The position numbers and the translations under genes were made by a program. 64,000 nt of DNA from the human T2T-CHM13v2.0 reference genome, Homo sapiens, in the NCBI RefSeq assembly GCF_009914755.1, contig NC_060930.1, one strand, 5' to 3'. A model generated the notes under the pieces. It was not told the origin of the DNA. It saw only the letters and a list, made by a program, of their open reading frames with translations, and made no database searches. How positions within the stretch are numbered: the stretch's first letter is position 1; each line of letters opens with the position of its first letter. Shown piece by piece: positions 48,371 through 64,000 of the stretch.

Positions 48371-48944
48371 ATACCTGCTTGTCCTTTCCTTCCTTTCTTT
48401 CCAGTCCCACAGCCCAACCGTGGCTGTGGCAATGGCCCAGCCATGACAATGCTCCAGCGGACATCAGAGCATAGACAGAAAGAAACTGGGGCCCTGATCA
48501 TCCTTTGAGCAAGGCTTTCTACCATTCTACCCCCATCCCTGCTTTCAGACTATTAGGAGAGAAAATACACTTTTGTCTGTTGAGCTTTTATATGTAGGGT
48601 TCTTTTTAGTTCAACTGTGTGGCCCGTATTCTAACTAATCCACTGTCACCTCGCCTCTCATGAGAAAGACAAAGAGACAGTAATTGATGGCTTCTACCTG
48701 CCCTATTTCTTCTTCTTCCTCCCTCATCCTGACCAGCCCTCAGCTTGTAACCAGTCATGTCCCAGATTCCACACTCCCAGTACCCTCCACATTAGTTTGC
48801 TTTTAATTTACTGAACTGTGGAAGGCACAGTACTGTATATGAGGGTAAGCTGCTCATTTAATGTTTTCATTGATTTTATTAATAGTTGATAGTTTTGATG
48901 AGTACAATATCCTACATTATAACTCAAATAAGAAATAGTTCATG

Positions 48945-49061
48945 GGGTGGCCTGAATGCAGTGGTGTTTGCAACTAATTAATCACAACCAGTTACAGATT
49001 TCTTTGCTCCTTCTCCATTCCCACTACTTCACTTGACTAGCCTTAAAAAAGAAAAAAAAAA
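48945..49061 (+). pseudogene. Y RNA (RNY3/hY3-derived) retropseudogene
   Basis: gggtggcctgaatgcagtggtgtttgcaactaattaatcacaaccagttacagatttctttg...cttcacttgactagcctt aligns end to end with recalled hY3 (about 9 substitutions). A-tail at 49045-49061. Decayed TSD agaaatagttcatg (48931-48944) / aggatgagttcatg (49061-49074). Confidence 0.93.
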
Positions 49062-49651
49062 GGATGAGTTCATGGTTTATGCCAACAGAGAGTCAATTGA
49101 ATATAATAGATATGTTCAAAAAAGGCACCGAAGGCATGTGTATTTGTCATCTATTCCTTTTATCTCGTCATAGAAAAGATTTGAGACCATGAAAGCTAAA
49201 GGAGAGAAACCATCATTTTTTCAAACCCCTCCTTTAATGTAAACTAAATGTAAACTAAATGTAAGCTTTGGTAGATTTTCAAAGCTTCCAAGAATGTGAC
49301 AATGGATTAACCTCTGTGATACGTTCTGAAAAAATCCATAAAATAAACTTGTTGCCACGGAAAGAACAATTACTTATTAGAAAAAAGCATGCCATTGGTT
49401 TTTTTCCCTCCATGTGATATTATTCCAAATGTGTTGGATCCATTCCTGCCTCTGAATCAATGCTCTCTTTTGGTGTGATGGAAGAAAGTTTAATTTCAAT
49501 CATTTGATGCCAAAAAGCCTAGTTGGAAAAAATGTAAAAACCCATTCAACTTGATGTTTTGGGGACTTGATGCAGAGCATCAACTTTCAAGATATCTGGG
49601 CAGTAGACCAAATTTGTTGATTTTTGTTTGGTTACTCGGCTTCATGTAGAC

Positions 49652-49672
49652 TGTGTCTGTCTGTCTGTCTCT

Positions 49673-49703
<31 letters not shown>
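49652..49703. repeat. Compound (TGTC)n(TC)n(TG)n microsatellite
   Basis: Direct inspection. Confidence 0.9.
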
Positions 49704-49706
<3 letters not shown>

Positions 49707-50628
49707 CCTTGTATCAAAGACTTCTTAATGAATGTGGGGTGCTGTTGGTCTTGGGGCTGGCTTTTCATACAATTATGGTGTGACTAGAATGCTAATCTAT
49801 TGTATAATTTAATAGAACATGACCAGTTGTGAATCTCTGCTGTATAGCATCCCTGCCTTGGATTAGTGAGAGTTAACACAGGTCATAACTGGAATTCAAA
49901 AGCCCTGCCTGTATGTAGAGTGCATCCACGCTGATTGCTGGCTCTCTGGAGGGCGACTATGCTTTTTTGTCAATAACTGCTACACTCGTAAAGCAGTCCA
50001 TAATAAGCAACCCAGTTCAAATGGCTAGTTTCTGTTTTTCCTTAAGGAGTAGCATTCAATTTTCAGATGAATTGGGTAGGCAAATAGAGAAAAGTTTTAC
50101 ATTTTGCAATTCACCTAGTGGCTGTCTTCCAAAATCTGCAACGTATTTTATAAACGTTATTACTGACTTGGTAAGCGGCCATTTCCATAGGCACTTACTG
50201 TCATTGCAGTGGTATAAAGGGAAATTCACTTTGCTTAATATTACCTAAGCCCTCCAGAGCACTGCTGTAATCATAGGATAGCACTGCCTTTTTCATTTGA
50301 TGAATGACTTTGAGCAAATACTGTCCTCTTTAATTCCACACCCATATGGAGAGATGATTGTAGAAAGGGAGGCAGAGGCCTGACAGTACACCTCACAAAG
50401 GCAGGCATTCCTGCTATCTTATCTGCTCCAGTACTCCCTGGTGCCCAACACTGCACCTGGAATTTGGTCCAGTGCTCAATAAATATTGGTTGACTGCTTG
50501 ACAAAAGAAATCAAAGTCATGAAATCAGACTAACCATAGTTTTCTCTTTCAACTGGCAACTACAGCTCCCTTGAAGATGGCTTGATAGATAAGTCTGAAT
50601 TGTCTATAGTGCCATTCTTAGAAAATCA

Positions 50629-53351
<2,723 letters not shown>

Positions 53352-55071
53352 TAAATTTAGTTTCCAAAAAACATTCATCATAAAAATGAATGAAAGACTT
53401 GCTAAAGGGGATTCATAGACCCTTCAATGGCAGACCTTGAAAACAGGTAACTCTTTGAAAATCCTTCAGGAATTTCCTGCTATTGGATTGTTGTCAAAAT
53501 ATTCAAACCAAATTATAGCACAGACATCCAGTTTCTTCTTTTCTTTTTATTAAGTTGGCTCTTAATCTCTTACTGGAAAATTAGGCTGTCCTCAAACCTG
53601 GGCAAGACATTATTATATAAGCTGAACAGCTGGGGCCAAAAACCTTTTTTTGATTTTGTTTTCAGATTCAGTAATGGAAAAAGATCCTTGGGGAGAGGAG
53701 CAAACCTGGAGAAGCAGGAAGAGTCCACCTCTGGGAGGATAGCAAAGGTGGCATTCTAAAGTGGCCTATTCAATGGAGCCACTTCTATTTGTCTGAGGAT
53801 GTGTTCAAATGCCTGCCAGAGCTTATTGTTAGTTCCAGATGAACAATAAGAGCTATAACTTCTACTGACTTAACTTTGAGGATTCTCCCAAAGCTGGAGG
53901 TACTCTATTTAAATCTTCAAATCTTTTAATTAACAAACTTTCCTAAGCAGGCTAGGGTTTCTCCTGACTGAACACTCTTAATATACCAAATGGAAGTGCA
54001 ATATACTCTACTAGATAATTATTTAAATGAGATGCCAAGTAGTTGGTTGAACAGACATCTTAATTAGCAAAACAGATATATTCATATTTTGCATTTGAAA
54101 TACTTAATAATACCACTCTTCAGGATTTATAAAGACTGTCTTCTCTGAGAAGGTCAAGGAAGCCCCTACATTGCTCATTTACATGCATTCAGAAGTACCT
54201 TTCTTATTTCCTTCTATTCATGTCACTTGCGTGGATTGCTTAAGAGGGGTGTTACACTTGCTGAGAGAATAATTTTCATTGTCAGATATGTAAAATGATT
54301 TCTTGAGATTGTACAAATTGATCGAGGTGAATGAGAGAAAGAATATAATCTAAAATGTTTTTGTAGGGAGGCATTCAGCTTATTTGTGATGTCTTTGTTA
54401 GCTGCTTGTGGGCAAAAAGCCTCAGCTCTTCCAGGGTGGGTCAGAATTGGTTATGGTCCTCATCTGAAGCTATCATTAGAATTGTAAGAGGAAAGGTGCT
54501 GTTGCCTCTGATACTCTATTGGATGTTGATTCATTGATTGTCTGCAACAATAATTTCAGCTTGAAAAACCTCAAAATCAGGTAGCATATTCCTAAATGTA
54601 AAAAATATTAATATGGTCTATTAGGCTTTTTACTCCCTTTACCAACCATCCAATTAACAAACAGTTTTTAGCACTATGTTGCGTAAGGCCCTTTGGGCAT
54701 AGAAAGAATTATAAGACTTACTTTCTACATTCAGGGAACTATCATTCTCTTTGAGAAGATAAGACATATTCATAACAAGTGATGTAAGAATCCAAGATAG
54801 TACATAAGCCAGTTCCAAAGGCAAAGCAAAGCAAAACAAAAATAACAATAGACCCTGAATTTGCTAACTATAGATGCTTGCTCCAAGACAGAGAATAAAG
54901 TTAGTAACTTCCAAAGCTGGGCTAAATTTCACTCCCCTGGTAAATCTCTAAGCTTGAAAGATTGGAGGCACATAATTTGGGAATGGGAACTATCTATCTA
55001 CAGTGAAGACAAATCTAGATTGTGTGCTAGATCTTCCAGGCAGGTAGCAAGTAAAGAAAAATTAATTTCCT

Positions 55072-55394
<323 letters not shown>

Positions 55395-55436
55395 TTATGT
55401 AAAAAGATTTATCAAAATAACTATCAGAAAGGGAAC

Positions 55437-55818
55437 TGATATGGTTTGGCTCTGTGTCCCCACTGAAATCTCATGTTGAATTATAATCCCTATGTGTGGG
55501 CTGGTGGGAGGTGATTGAATCATGGGGCCTGACTTCCCCCTTGCTGTTTTCATGATAGTGAGTGAGTTATCCTGAGATCTGGTTGTTTAAAAGTGTGTAG
55601 CACCTTCCCCTTCTCTCTCTCTTTCTCTCTCTCCTGCCGCCATGTGAAGAAGGTGCTCACTTCCTCTAGGCCCTCTGCCATGGTTGTAAGTTTCCTGAGG
55701 CCTCCTAGCCATGCTTCCTGTTCAGTCCGTGAAACTGTCAGTCAATTAAACCTCTTTTCTTTATAAATTACCCAGTTTCAGGTAGTTCTTTATAGCAGTA
55801 TGAAAATGGACTAATACA
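55437..55818 (+). mobile_element. THE1D/MSTA-type solo LTR (MaLR)
   Basis: tgatatggtttggctctgtgtcccc ... ggactaataca. Perfect 5-bp TSD ggaac (55432-55436 / 55819-55823). Confidence 0.92.
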
Positions 55819-55940
55819 GGAACCAATCATTCCAGCAGTTCCCAGTCATGTTGGAATTATTGGACACAAACAGCGTAAGTAAATAATATTAAGGAGACTC
55901 CTTTTTATGTGCCACAAGAAGCATTATTTTTCTTCAAATC

Positions 55941-56602
55941 CGTAGGGACCAAGGAAAAGCTTCCCTTCCTCACTCCAAAGGTTCACTGAAAATGAACTTA
56001 CAATAGGCAGATTCATAGAAGGGAAAGTTACACAAAATTTACAAAAGTGCATATGAACATAAGAGCCATACACAAAGCATTAGACTCAAAGAGGGGCAGA
56101 TGGTTGATGCCCGAATACTCTCTTCATGCCAGAGTCATATGGACATGTGAGGCAGACATTATTTTGTAAATGTTTCTCTTTGGAAGCTGGATGGGATGAA
56201 CAAGTTATAGGAAGGTGAGGGACTGAATGCATAGGAACAAAGGCTGTCTTATTACATAAAGTCTCCTAGGTAATCTCTGGGAGCTGCCCTCAGGAAACTA
56301 GAAGAAAAGTCTGTCTGAGCATGGTGATGACTCCCAGAGTCTTCTCTTCTCAAGTGGTTAATATTTCCTGGTTATTTGATGAGATTTCTACATAGAAGGT
56401 CTTAAGACAAGACATTTGTTTTGGAAAGAATTTTTCCTAGTCAGACAAGAAAATGTCCAGAAAGAGTGCCTCTTGGTGCTTCTGGAAAGAGGATCAGATA
56501 AACAAGGAGGTGTGGGAAAATCAGAGAGATGCTAGCGCTGCTTGTTTAGCTCAGCATGTCAAAGCGCAATGTTCTCAGGTATCATTTTTCTGAACCCCAG
56601 CA
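55941..56602 (-). mobile_element. ERV1 (MER4-group) solo LTR, subfamily uncertain
   Basis: The minus strand starts tgctggggttcagaaaaatgatacc...gctttgacatgctgagc and ends ...ttggtccctac. Confidence 0.68.
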
Positions 56603-57627
56603 CTTCACATCTTTCTCCCACAATGGCTGATTTGCTGTTGACTTTTTTGGATGAAAATATTGCACAGTTTAATGAACTTTTCTTCTTGATGTTTGCTCTG
56701 AGACTCTAGATTTCACCATCAGAATCATTGTCACAGAGGGCTCTTTCACTGTCCCCACCATTGCCCATTAAGGTAGTGGAAATAGAGTCCTCAAAACATG
56801 TCAGTTGCTTTCCTGTTTCCTTCCCTCTACACTGAGAAGAGGATACTTTAGCTGTTTCAAACCATGCTCCTCCAGACTAGAAATGACCTACAAGAAGATC
56901 GGACTCTGAAAGGTTGTCCATGCTTGGAGATGGTTAGAATCTGAATGTGACTTTGCATAAAACATCATTAACACCTGAAATCTATGACTTGTGGCTGGAG
57001 ATCAGTGGCAGCCAATATATGACCAACTCATAATACATGGAGGTTTTAGGGACCACTATTATTTTCAAATGCAAAGTTTCCCATTGCTATAGAAAAGAGA
57101 ATACAGAGAAAGGCATAGGAAGAGAAGGAGGCTGACTCAGAGAACTTAAACAGGAATATTTCAGGTAATGAGCCGCCAATTCGCAAGTCTCCATTAAAGT
57201 GAATTTCCAACACATTTCTTTCATGATCTGCTAATGAGGACAGTTTGACATTCTCCCAGGTGAAATAATTTAAGTAGAAACCATGTGACATTATAATCAA
57301 TTTAAGCAGCTCTCTACCTACTTCAAGTTTGTCAAAGTGTTTTACATTTAAAGCTATAATTAGCTAGCCCTTCTAAATTCACTGTGAGGTAGAGAGTTGA
57401 ATTACCAAGCAAGCTTTATAACTGTGGGAACAAAGAACAAATAATTTTCAAAAAGAGTCAACCATTTGAGTGCTGGTTACAACAGTGTGTTCATCTTGTG
57501 AAAATCTTTCAAGCTGAATGCTTAGGATGTGTTCACTATTGTAAATGTATATCACATATCCATGAAAAGTTAAAATCTAAATATATATATTAAGAAACCT
57601 GATATAAAGTGAAGAAAAAAGATTCCC

Positions 57628-57940
57628 AGACAGGCATGGTGGCTCATGCCTATAATCGCAGCACTTTGAGAGGCTGAGGTGGGAGGACTGCTTGAACCCA
57701 GGAGTTCGAGACTAGCCTGGGCAACATGGTTAGATCCCCCCACACGCACCCCCTATCTTTACAAAAAATAAAAAAATTAGCCACAGGCGTCATGGTGCAC
57801 ACCTGTGGTTCCAGCTACACTGGAGGCTTAGGTGGGAGGATCACTTGAGCCCAGGAGGTCAAGGCTGCAGTATTGCACCCCAGCCTGGGTGACAGAGTGC
57901 CACCCTGTTTCAAAAAACAGAACAAAACACAACAAAACCC
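57628..57940 (+). mobile_element. AluJ
   Basis: Diverged dimeric Alu. Confidence 0.88.
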
Positions 57941-58809
57941 TTCCCAGAAAAACTCCTCTGAAACTGCCTAACAAAGGCATTTGTGTTTAGTGTAATGGGC
58001 CTTCGGCATGCTGAGCTAGCCACTTACGGTACTAAAACCACCTCAATTCCTCCTACACGTAAATTAGAGTTTGAAAATAATAGAGTTGTGTGCTCAGGTA
58101 TGTAGATGGAAGCCAGAGTGGCAAAATAAAATAGATGGATTTTCACATGGTTTGTTTGCCAAATGGTTTGCTTCTTCAGTAGAACTCTTGAGTCTTGACT
58201 GCAAGGTGCACCAAAGAGAGTAAGCAAGTACCTCATTGTGACCTCCCAGCCCAGTGCTTTCATTTCACATATAAGGAAACAGACCCTAGGTGGTGAAATT
58301 GCTGTAGAGTGGCTGGCCTTCTCTCTCACTACCATCAGTGCCTTAGATTCAGGAAGACCTGGAACCAAATTCCCACTCCACCGTTACCTACAGTGGGCCT
58401 TTGGGCAAATCAGTGAACCTTCCTGATTTAGTATCCTCAGAAGTTCAAAGTGAGACAATGTAAAAATGTCCATGGGGTAGAGCTGCTGGGATGACAAAAG
58501 GGAAAAAAATACATAAAGCTTCTGACATGCAGTAAGCATTCCATGTGTATTGATTCCTGGACAATGCACACTGTTATTTATTTATTTATTTATTTTTACC
58601 TGAGAATTGGATTAGATTAGTGCTGGAGTTCTCAGTGGGCAGGAAAGAGAAGGAGATGGTATCCTCTTAAAGAAAACCTCAAATTTCTCTCTCTACCTCA
58701 CTCCATCCCCGCCTTGGCCTGGATCTCCTCCTTTTTTCTGTCCCTTCTTCCTACTTGCCTTTTTGCCTCTTGAGATTCCAGTTGCTGTTCCTTTCTCTGC
58801 TTTCCCATC

Positions 58810-59975
58810 TCCATCTGGTCTTCAGTCTTTGAGGTCTGGGTTCTACCCTGACCACTCCACTACAACTGCTCTGCCAAGATCCGCAAGGATGTCATGCTTA
58901 CAAAAGCCAAGTCCTTTCTTCATATTGATCTCATTACTTTTCTATGGTAGATCACTCTATTTCTAAAGCACATTTCTCGCCTTGGCTTTTACATAGCTTT
59001 CATGGTTTATTTCTGCCCATCTGCCCTTCTCAGTCTCTCTCTCTCTCAGGGTCCCTTGTAAATGTTGTGGGCTCCATATCTCTCCTTGACCATCTCATCC
59101 CCAACAGTGACTGCTCCTATCCCCTGGATGGCACCCAAATATTTCTTTCTACCCTTCTTGTCTTCTAAGCTTCAGATCCAATTGCCCATGGGATAGTTCC
59201 ATTGATTGAACTCATCTCATCTAAACTGTGCCCACCATTGTCCCCCACCCTACTTCCTCCTCTATGAAGCCCCCTATTCCTGACCCCTGAATTGTGCAAC
59301 CATCTATGTGGTTGCCTTAGCTGTCTCACTACCCACATCCAACCCATTTGGTACACCCCTTTCTTATAAATATCTCTTGAATCATGTGTGTTTCTTTGTC
59401 TTCACACTCACTTCTCCAGCCCTGTCATTGCTTTAGTTGGTTTCCCTGATTCGAGTCATTTGGGGAGGAGATGACAGACTATACTAATGCTGTTAATGCA
59501 AATCAGATGACTCCCTTCTTAAATATCCTAGTTATTGCTTCCCATCAACCTCAGAATGATGTCCAAAATTACTGTAGCCTCCAAGACTCTTTGTGTTTGT
59601 CTCTACTTTCTTTTCAAAACACAATTTTCCCATGTCATGTCTTACATCTGGGAATTGCATAGCTGAGAATGCCAGAAATGTCCTTCCTTTTCCTGAACAA
59701 CTCCTGTCCATCTTCAAAATCCAGTCAGCTGTTACCTCTCCTAGGAAGGTTTCCTTAGCCCCCGCACACTCATCCCCAGCTGGGTTAGGTGCCTGGTTCC
59801 TAACTTCCTGCTCCTGTCAGTGGACTTCTGGCTCTGTGTGTCATTTTAAATCTACTTGTCTGACTTTCTCATTAGAGGCAAATAGTGGGTTCTTTCATCT
59901 AACTTCCCTGGGCATAAACACGATGACCACATGTATCAGTCAAATTGCATCAATGCAATTTGAGTGAATGATGAT
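58810..59975 (+). mobile_element. L2 LINE fragment
   Basis: ccactccactacaactgctctgccaag, cacccaaatatt, ttcaaaatccag, and a tgagtgaatga tail. Confidence 0.65.
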
Positions 59976-61164
59976 TTGGCTAGGGAAGGTTTGTGGACAA
60001 CTTTGATGTGAGTGTGGAGGAGTAGGGTGGTATGAGTGTGTATGAACTGGGTGGTTTACCAACTCTTCCACAGTCTAGAACTAGCTCAAAAGTCATTTAA
60101 ATAAAAAATAAGGAGAAGTTCATTTTTTTCCGGATCCACCCACGTTCTCATTTCACTGCTATCTAGAAGACTAAAAACCATATAACTTTCTGTTGCTTGC
60201 ATGACTGTGTCAAAAGATCTGAAACATGTCATGCATGAGCAGTCTCTCCTGTGCGTCTGCCACCCACAAGATCAGATTCCTTCCAACCATTGCTTTTTCC
60301 TCCTTAATTCTTCTGAAGCACATTATATATTCCTGGGAGCTTTTTCATCCTGGAACAATTCTCTAATGAACGCAGCCCCTTCATCTTGTTCCAACTCCCC
60401 TACCCCAATAAACCTCCACAGATAGAAGAAAGTTGATGATTTTTAAAAAATTTTAAAAGGCATCTAGAGGAGTGGCATAGGATGGGATTTTAATATTACA
60501 CTTAAAAGAAAAAACACAATTTGAATCTTCCTTTGGAAATGCATCAAAGTAAAATATATGGAATTCAAATGTAATTTGCAAGATGGAAAAGAGTGCCCAT
60601 TAGAATGAAATTGATGCTGAACAGGGGCCCAACAATTCCACAGAAACAAAGAATTCTTTTTCCTTTGAAGTAAAGTAAATGTTAGTCATAATATATTTTT
60701 GACCTCATCTGCTTCTTCTTAGAAATACTAATATAGAGTGGAAGATAAAAATCCAAAGGCAAATGATTAAGCTTAATCTTGTCTTTATTAATAATTCTCC
60801 TCATTGTTATCTTACATCAAAGTCTACATCCACTTAATTTATAAGGAAAAGAATATTTATTCCATGACTGTGTGATGAAGGAAAATCATGAATTAAAAAC
60901 CAGTTATTGGGTGGGGGGAAGTGTGCAATACTGGGGAAATTTTGTACTTTTTGTGGAAATCAGTTTCTGTAAGCAGCTACCTTACAATTATAAAAATTCA
61001 TCTTGCCTAGATGAGAGAAAACCTCTTATAGTTACTTCCTCTATTTTTAGTGGGTGTTTTACTAATAAAATGGGAATGAAAGGGTGATTTTTTTGAGGAA
61101 ACTCCATTTTACTCTTGATTACCAAAGGCCTAATTATCTCCATAGCGTTACGATCTCTTCAAAT

Positions 61165-61360
61165 CTTCTTTTGTTGTTGTTTTCTTCAATTTTATTTTAA
61201 GTTCTGGGGTACAGGTACAGGATATGGAGGTTTGCTACGTAAGTAAGCAAGTGCCATGGTGGTTTGCTGCACAGATCAACCCATCCCCCAGGTATTCAGC
61301 CCAGCATCCATTAGCTCCTGATGCTCTCCGCCCCCCCGTTCCCCCCCCACCCCCGTTGTT
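61165..61360 (-). mobile_element. L1PA 3' end fragment
   Basis: ttttattttaagttctggggtaca...gtgccatggtggtttgctgcacagatcaaccc. Confidence 0.85.
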
Positions 61361-61969
61361 TTGTTTTCAGTAAACACAGCCATTAATACTTCTGCTGCTG
61401 TGACCAGGCCCCTAGCCACCCGCTGCTGTGGCCATCGCTATTGAGACAATTGAAAAGGGAAGAAATCATGTAGAGGGGGAAATGGAGAGCGGCACAGTCA
61501 TAGCAGAGTTTCTCAGTGATACAGATGTTCCTCGTCCGTTCCTATCCCACATTTGTTCAAGTTCCACCCCTTCAAAGAAGCCTTCCCTGCCTCTTCTTTC
61601 CACTCCTCTGATAATTCTTTCATTCCAGAGCCCTCAGCGACTGCATTTATACCTACACTTATGTTTGGACGTTTTTCATGTTGTTCTCAGATTATTGTCC
61701 ATCAGTAAGTTTGATTTCCTCAGGTAATTTCTAGCCTCTGTAAGAGATGGGGATTCTGAAATTGGGAGGTGACAGAACCAACTGCTACTACATGAAGGTT
61801 ACTTTTTCACTGGGATATTATCTTTATCAGAAATTTTAATATTATTGATTTTGTAGCCTGGACATGGCCCTTTTATGAAGGGTGAGGTCATTGATTGGGT
61901 CAGTCATTGGAGAAAAAACTGCAGCACTTCATATTTATAGAAAATGTCAGAGAGAAAGAGTTCCGGGAG

Positions 61970-64000
61970 GCTCAGCAAGTTATCTTGTGAATGTCAACAG
62001 ATTGACTGTAAAGTTTATTTGGAGATGCAAAAGACCCAGAAAAGCCAACACAATATTGAAGGAGAAGAACAAAGTTGGAGGACTGACACTAGCTGACTTC
62101 AAAACTTACTGTAAAGCTACAGTAATCAAGACAATGTGGTATTGGTAGAAGAATAAACAAATATATCAATGGGACAGAATAGAGTCCAGAAATAGACCAC
62201 ATAAATATAGTTAACCGATCTTTGACAAAAGAGCAGAGGCAAAATAACGGAACAAAGATCATCTTTTCAGCAATGATGCTGAAACACTGGACGTCTTCAT
62301 GTAAAAAAATGAATCAACACAAACCTTATACACAAACCTTATACTCCTCACAAAAATTAACCCAAAATGGGTCACAGACCTACATATAAAATGCAAAACT
62401 AGAAAACTCCTAGAAGATAACAGAAGAAAATCTAGCTGACCTTGGGTTTGCCAATGACTTGCTATTTTTGTTTTCATTTTTGAGACAGGGTCTTGCTTTG
62501 TCACCCAGGCTAGAGTGCAGTGGAGAGATCACACAGTTCACTGCAGCCTCAACTTCCTGGGCTCAAGTGATCCTCCCACCTCAGCCTCCCAAGTAGCTGA
62601 AACTACAGGCATGCACCACCGTGCCTGGCTAGCTTTTTTTTGGGTAGAGATGGGGTTTCACCATGTTGCCCAGGCTGGTCTCACTTAAGCCCTTGGGCCA
62701 AAGTGATCCTCCCAAAGTGTGAGATTACAGGTGTGAGCCACCAGGCCCATCTTGGGGATGACTTTTTAGATGCAACACCAAAGCCATGAGCCATGAAAAA
62801 AAAAAATCTGATATGTTGGATTTTATTAAAATTAAAAATTTCTGCTCTGCAAAAGACAATGTCAAGAGAATAAGAAGAAAAGCTGAGCTGGGCGCTGTGG
62901 CTCATGCCTGTAATCCCAGCATTTTGGGAGGAGGAGGTAGGCGGATCACTTGAGGTCAGGAGTTCGAGACCAGCCTGGCCAACATGGTGAAACCCCATCT
63001 CTACTAAAAATACAAAAATCAGCCAGGTGTGGTGACACAGGCCTGTAATCCCAGCTACTCGTCGGGCTGAGAATTGCTTGAATCTGGGAGGCAGAGATTG
63101 CAGTAAATTGAGATTGTGCCACTGCAATCCAGGCTCAGTGAAGAGTGAAACTTCATTTCAAAAAAAAAAAAAAAAAAGCCAGCGACTAGGTGAAAATATT
63201 TGTGAAAAATATCTAAAAAAGGACTGTTGTCCCAAATATACAAAGAACTCTTAAACCTCAACAATAAAAGAAACAACTTGATTAAAAAAATGAAATAAAA
63301 GACTTTAACAGGCACCTCATCAAAGAAGATATAAAGATGGCAAATAAGCATATGAAAAGACGCTCTACATCATATGTCACTCTGGAAATGCAAATTAAAA
63401 CAACAATGAGATACCACTATACACCTATGAAAATGGCCCAAATCTAGAACGCTGACAACACCAAGTGCTGATGAAGATGTGGAGCAACAGGAACTCTCAC
63501 TCATTGCTGGTGAGAATGCAAAATGATACAGCCATTTGGAAGACAGTTTGGCAGTTTCTTACAAAACTAAACATACTCTTACCATATGATCCAAAAATTG
63601 TACTCTTTGGTATTTACCCAAATGAATTGAACTCTTATGTCCATGCAGAAACATACGCACAGATATGTCTGGCAGCTTTACTTATAATTGCCAAAATTTG
63701 GAAACAATCAAGGTGTTCATCAGTAGGTAAATGGATAAACAAATTGTGGTTCATCCAGACAATGGAATTTTACTCAGGCCTAAAATTTTACTCAAGCCAT
63801 GAAAAGACGTGGAGAAAACATATTATTGAGGGAAAGAAGCCAATCTGAAAAGGCTACATATTGTGTGATTCCAACTACATGACATTCTGGAAAAAGCAAA
63901 ACTATGGAGACGCTAAAAAGATCAGTGGTTACCAGGGACCGGGTGGTGAGAGGGATGAATGGGTGCAGCACAGATTTTAAGGGCAGTGAAACGATTCTGT
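61970..64000 (+). mobile_element. L1M (ORF2 3' region into 3' UTR) with two Alu insertions (~62465-62750 -, 62886-63177 +)
   Basis: KFIW..KRPR.A.TILK.KNKVGGLTL.DFKTY.KATVIKT.WYW (ORF 61882-62148) is L1 ORF2. gaaatgcaaattaaaacaacaatgagatacca is also present. Many stops and frameshifts. Confidence 0.92.

Noticed and set aside
49237-49264. (aatgtaaacta) x2.5, and a similar 13-bp repeat at ~62317-62345
   Set aside because: Trivial slippage duplications.
61328-61354. C-run array (G-quadruplex on the minus strand)
   Set aside because: This is the ordinary G-rich tract of the L1 3' UTR.

Overview
Human (primate) genomic DNA, recognisable as the PEX7-SLC35D3 locus (chr6q23). The window opens inside PEX7 intron 8. 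It holds the last two PEX7 exons on + (12321-12420 and 27637-~28110, encoding the final WD40 repeat and C-terminus) and an antisense full-length RPL7A processed pseudogene in intron 9. A ~3.5 kb CpG island follows, carrying the complete two-exon SLC35D3 gene (CDS 36608-37046 + 38064-38875 = 416 aa, +). The last ~24 kb is repeat-rich intergenic DNA that includes a Y3 RNA retrocopy. The remainder is Alu, L1, L2, MIR and LTR sequence, and nearly all short ORFs in the track are repeat- or GC-derived noise. I see no convincing new multi-gene system. The most unusual observations are: (i) a second reading frame that stays open across the SLC35D3 splice junction for 383+ codons but has no AUG; (ii) an acceptor-like site in the SLC35D3 5' leader that would put PEX7 exon 9 in frame with that alternative ORF; (iii) a three-armed Alu bounded by one target-site duplication; (iv) a cluster of perfect short inverted repeats in PEX7 intron 9. 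Gene and repeat identities come from recalled consensus sequences, not database searches. Repeat boundaries and subfamilies are approximate.
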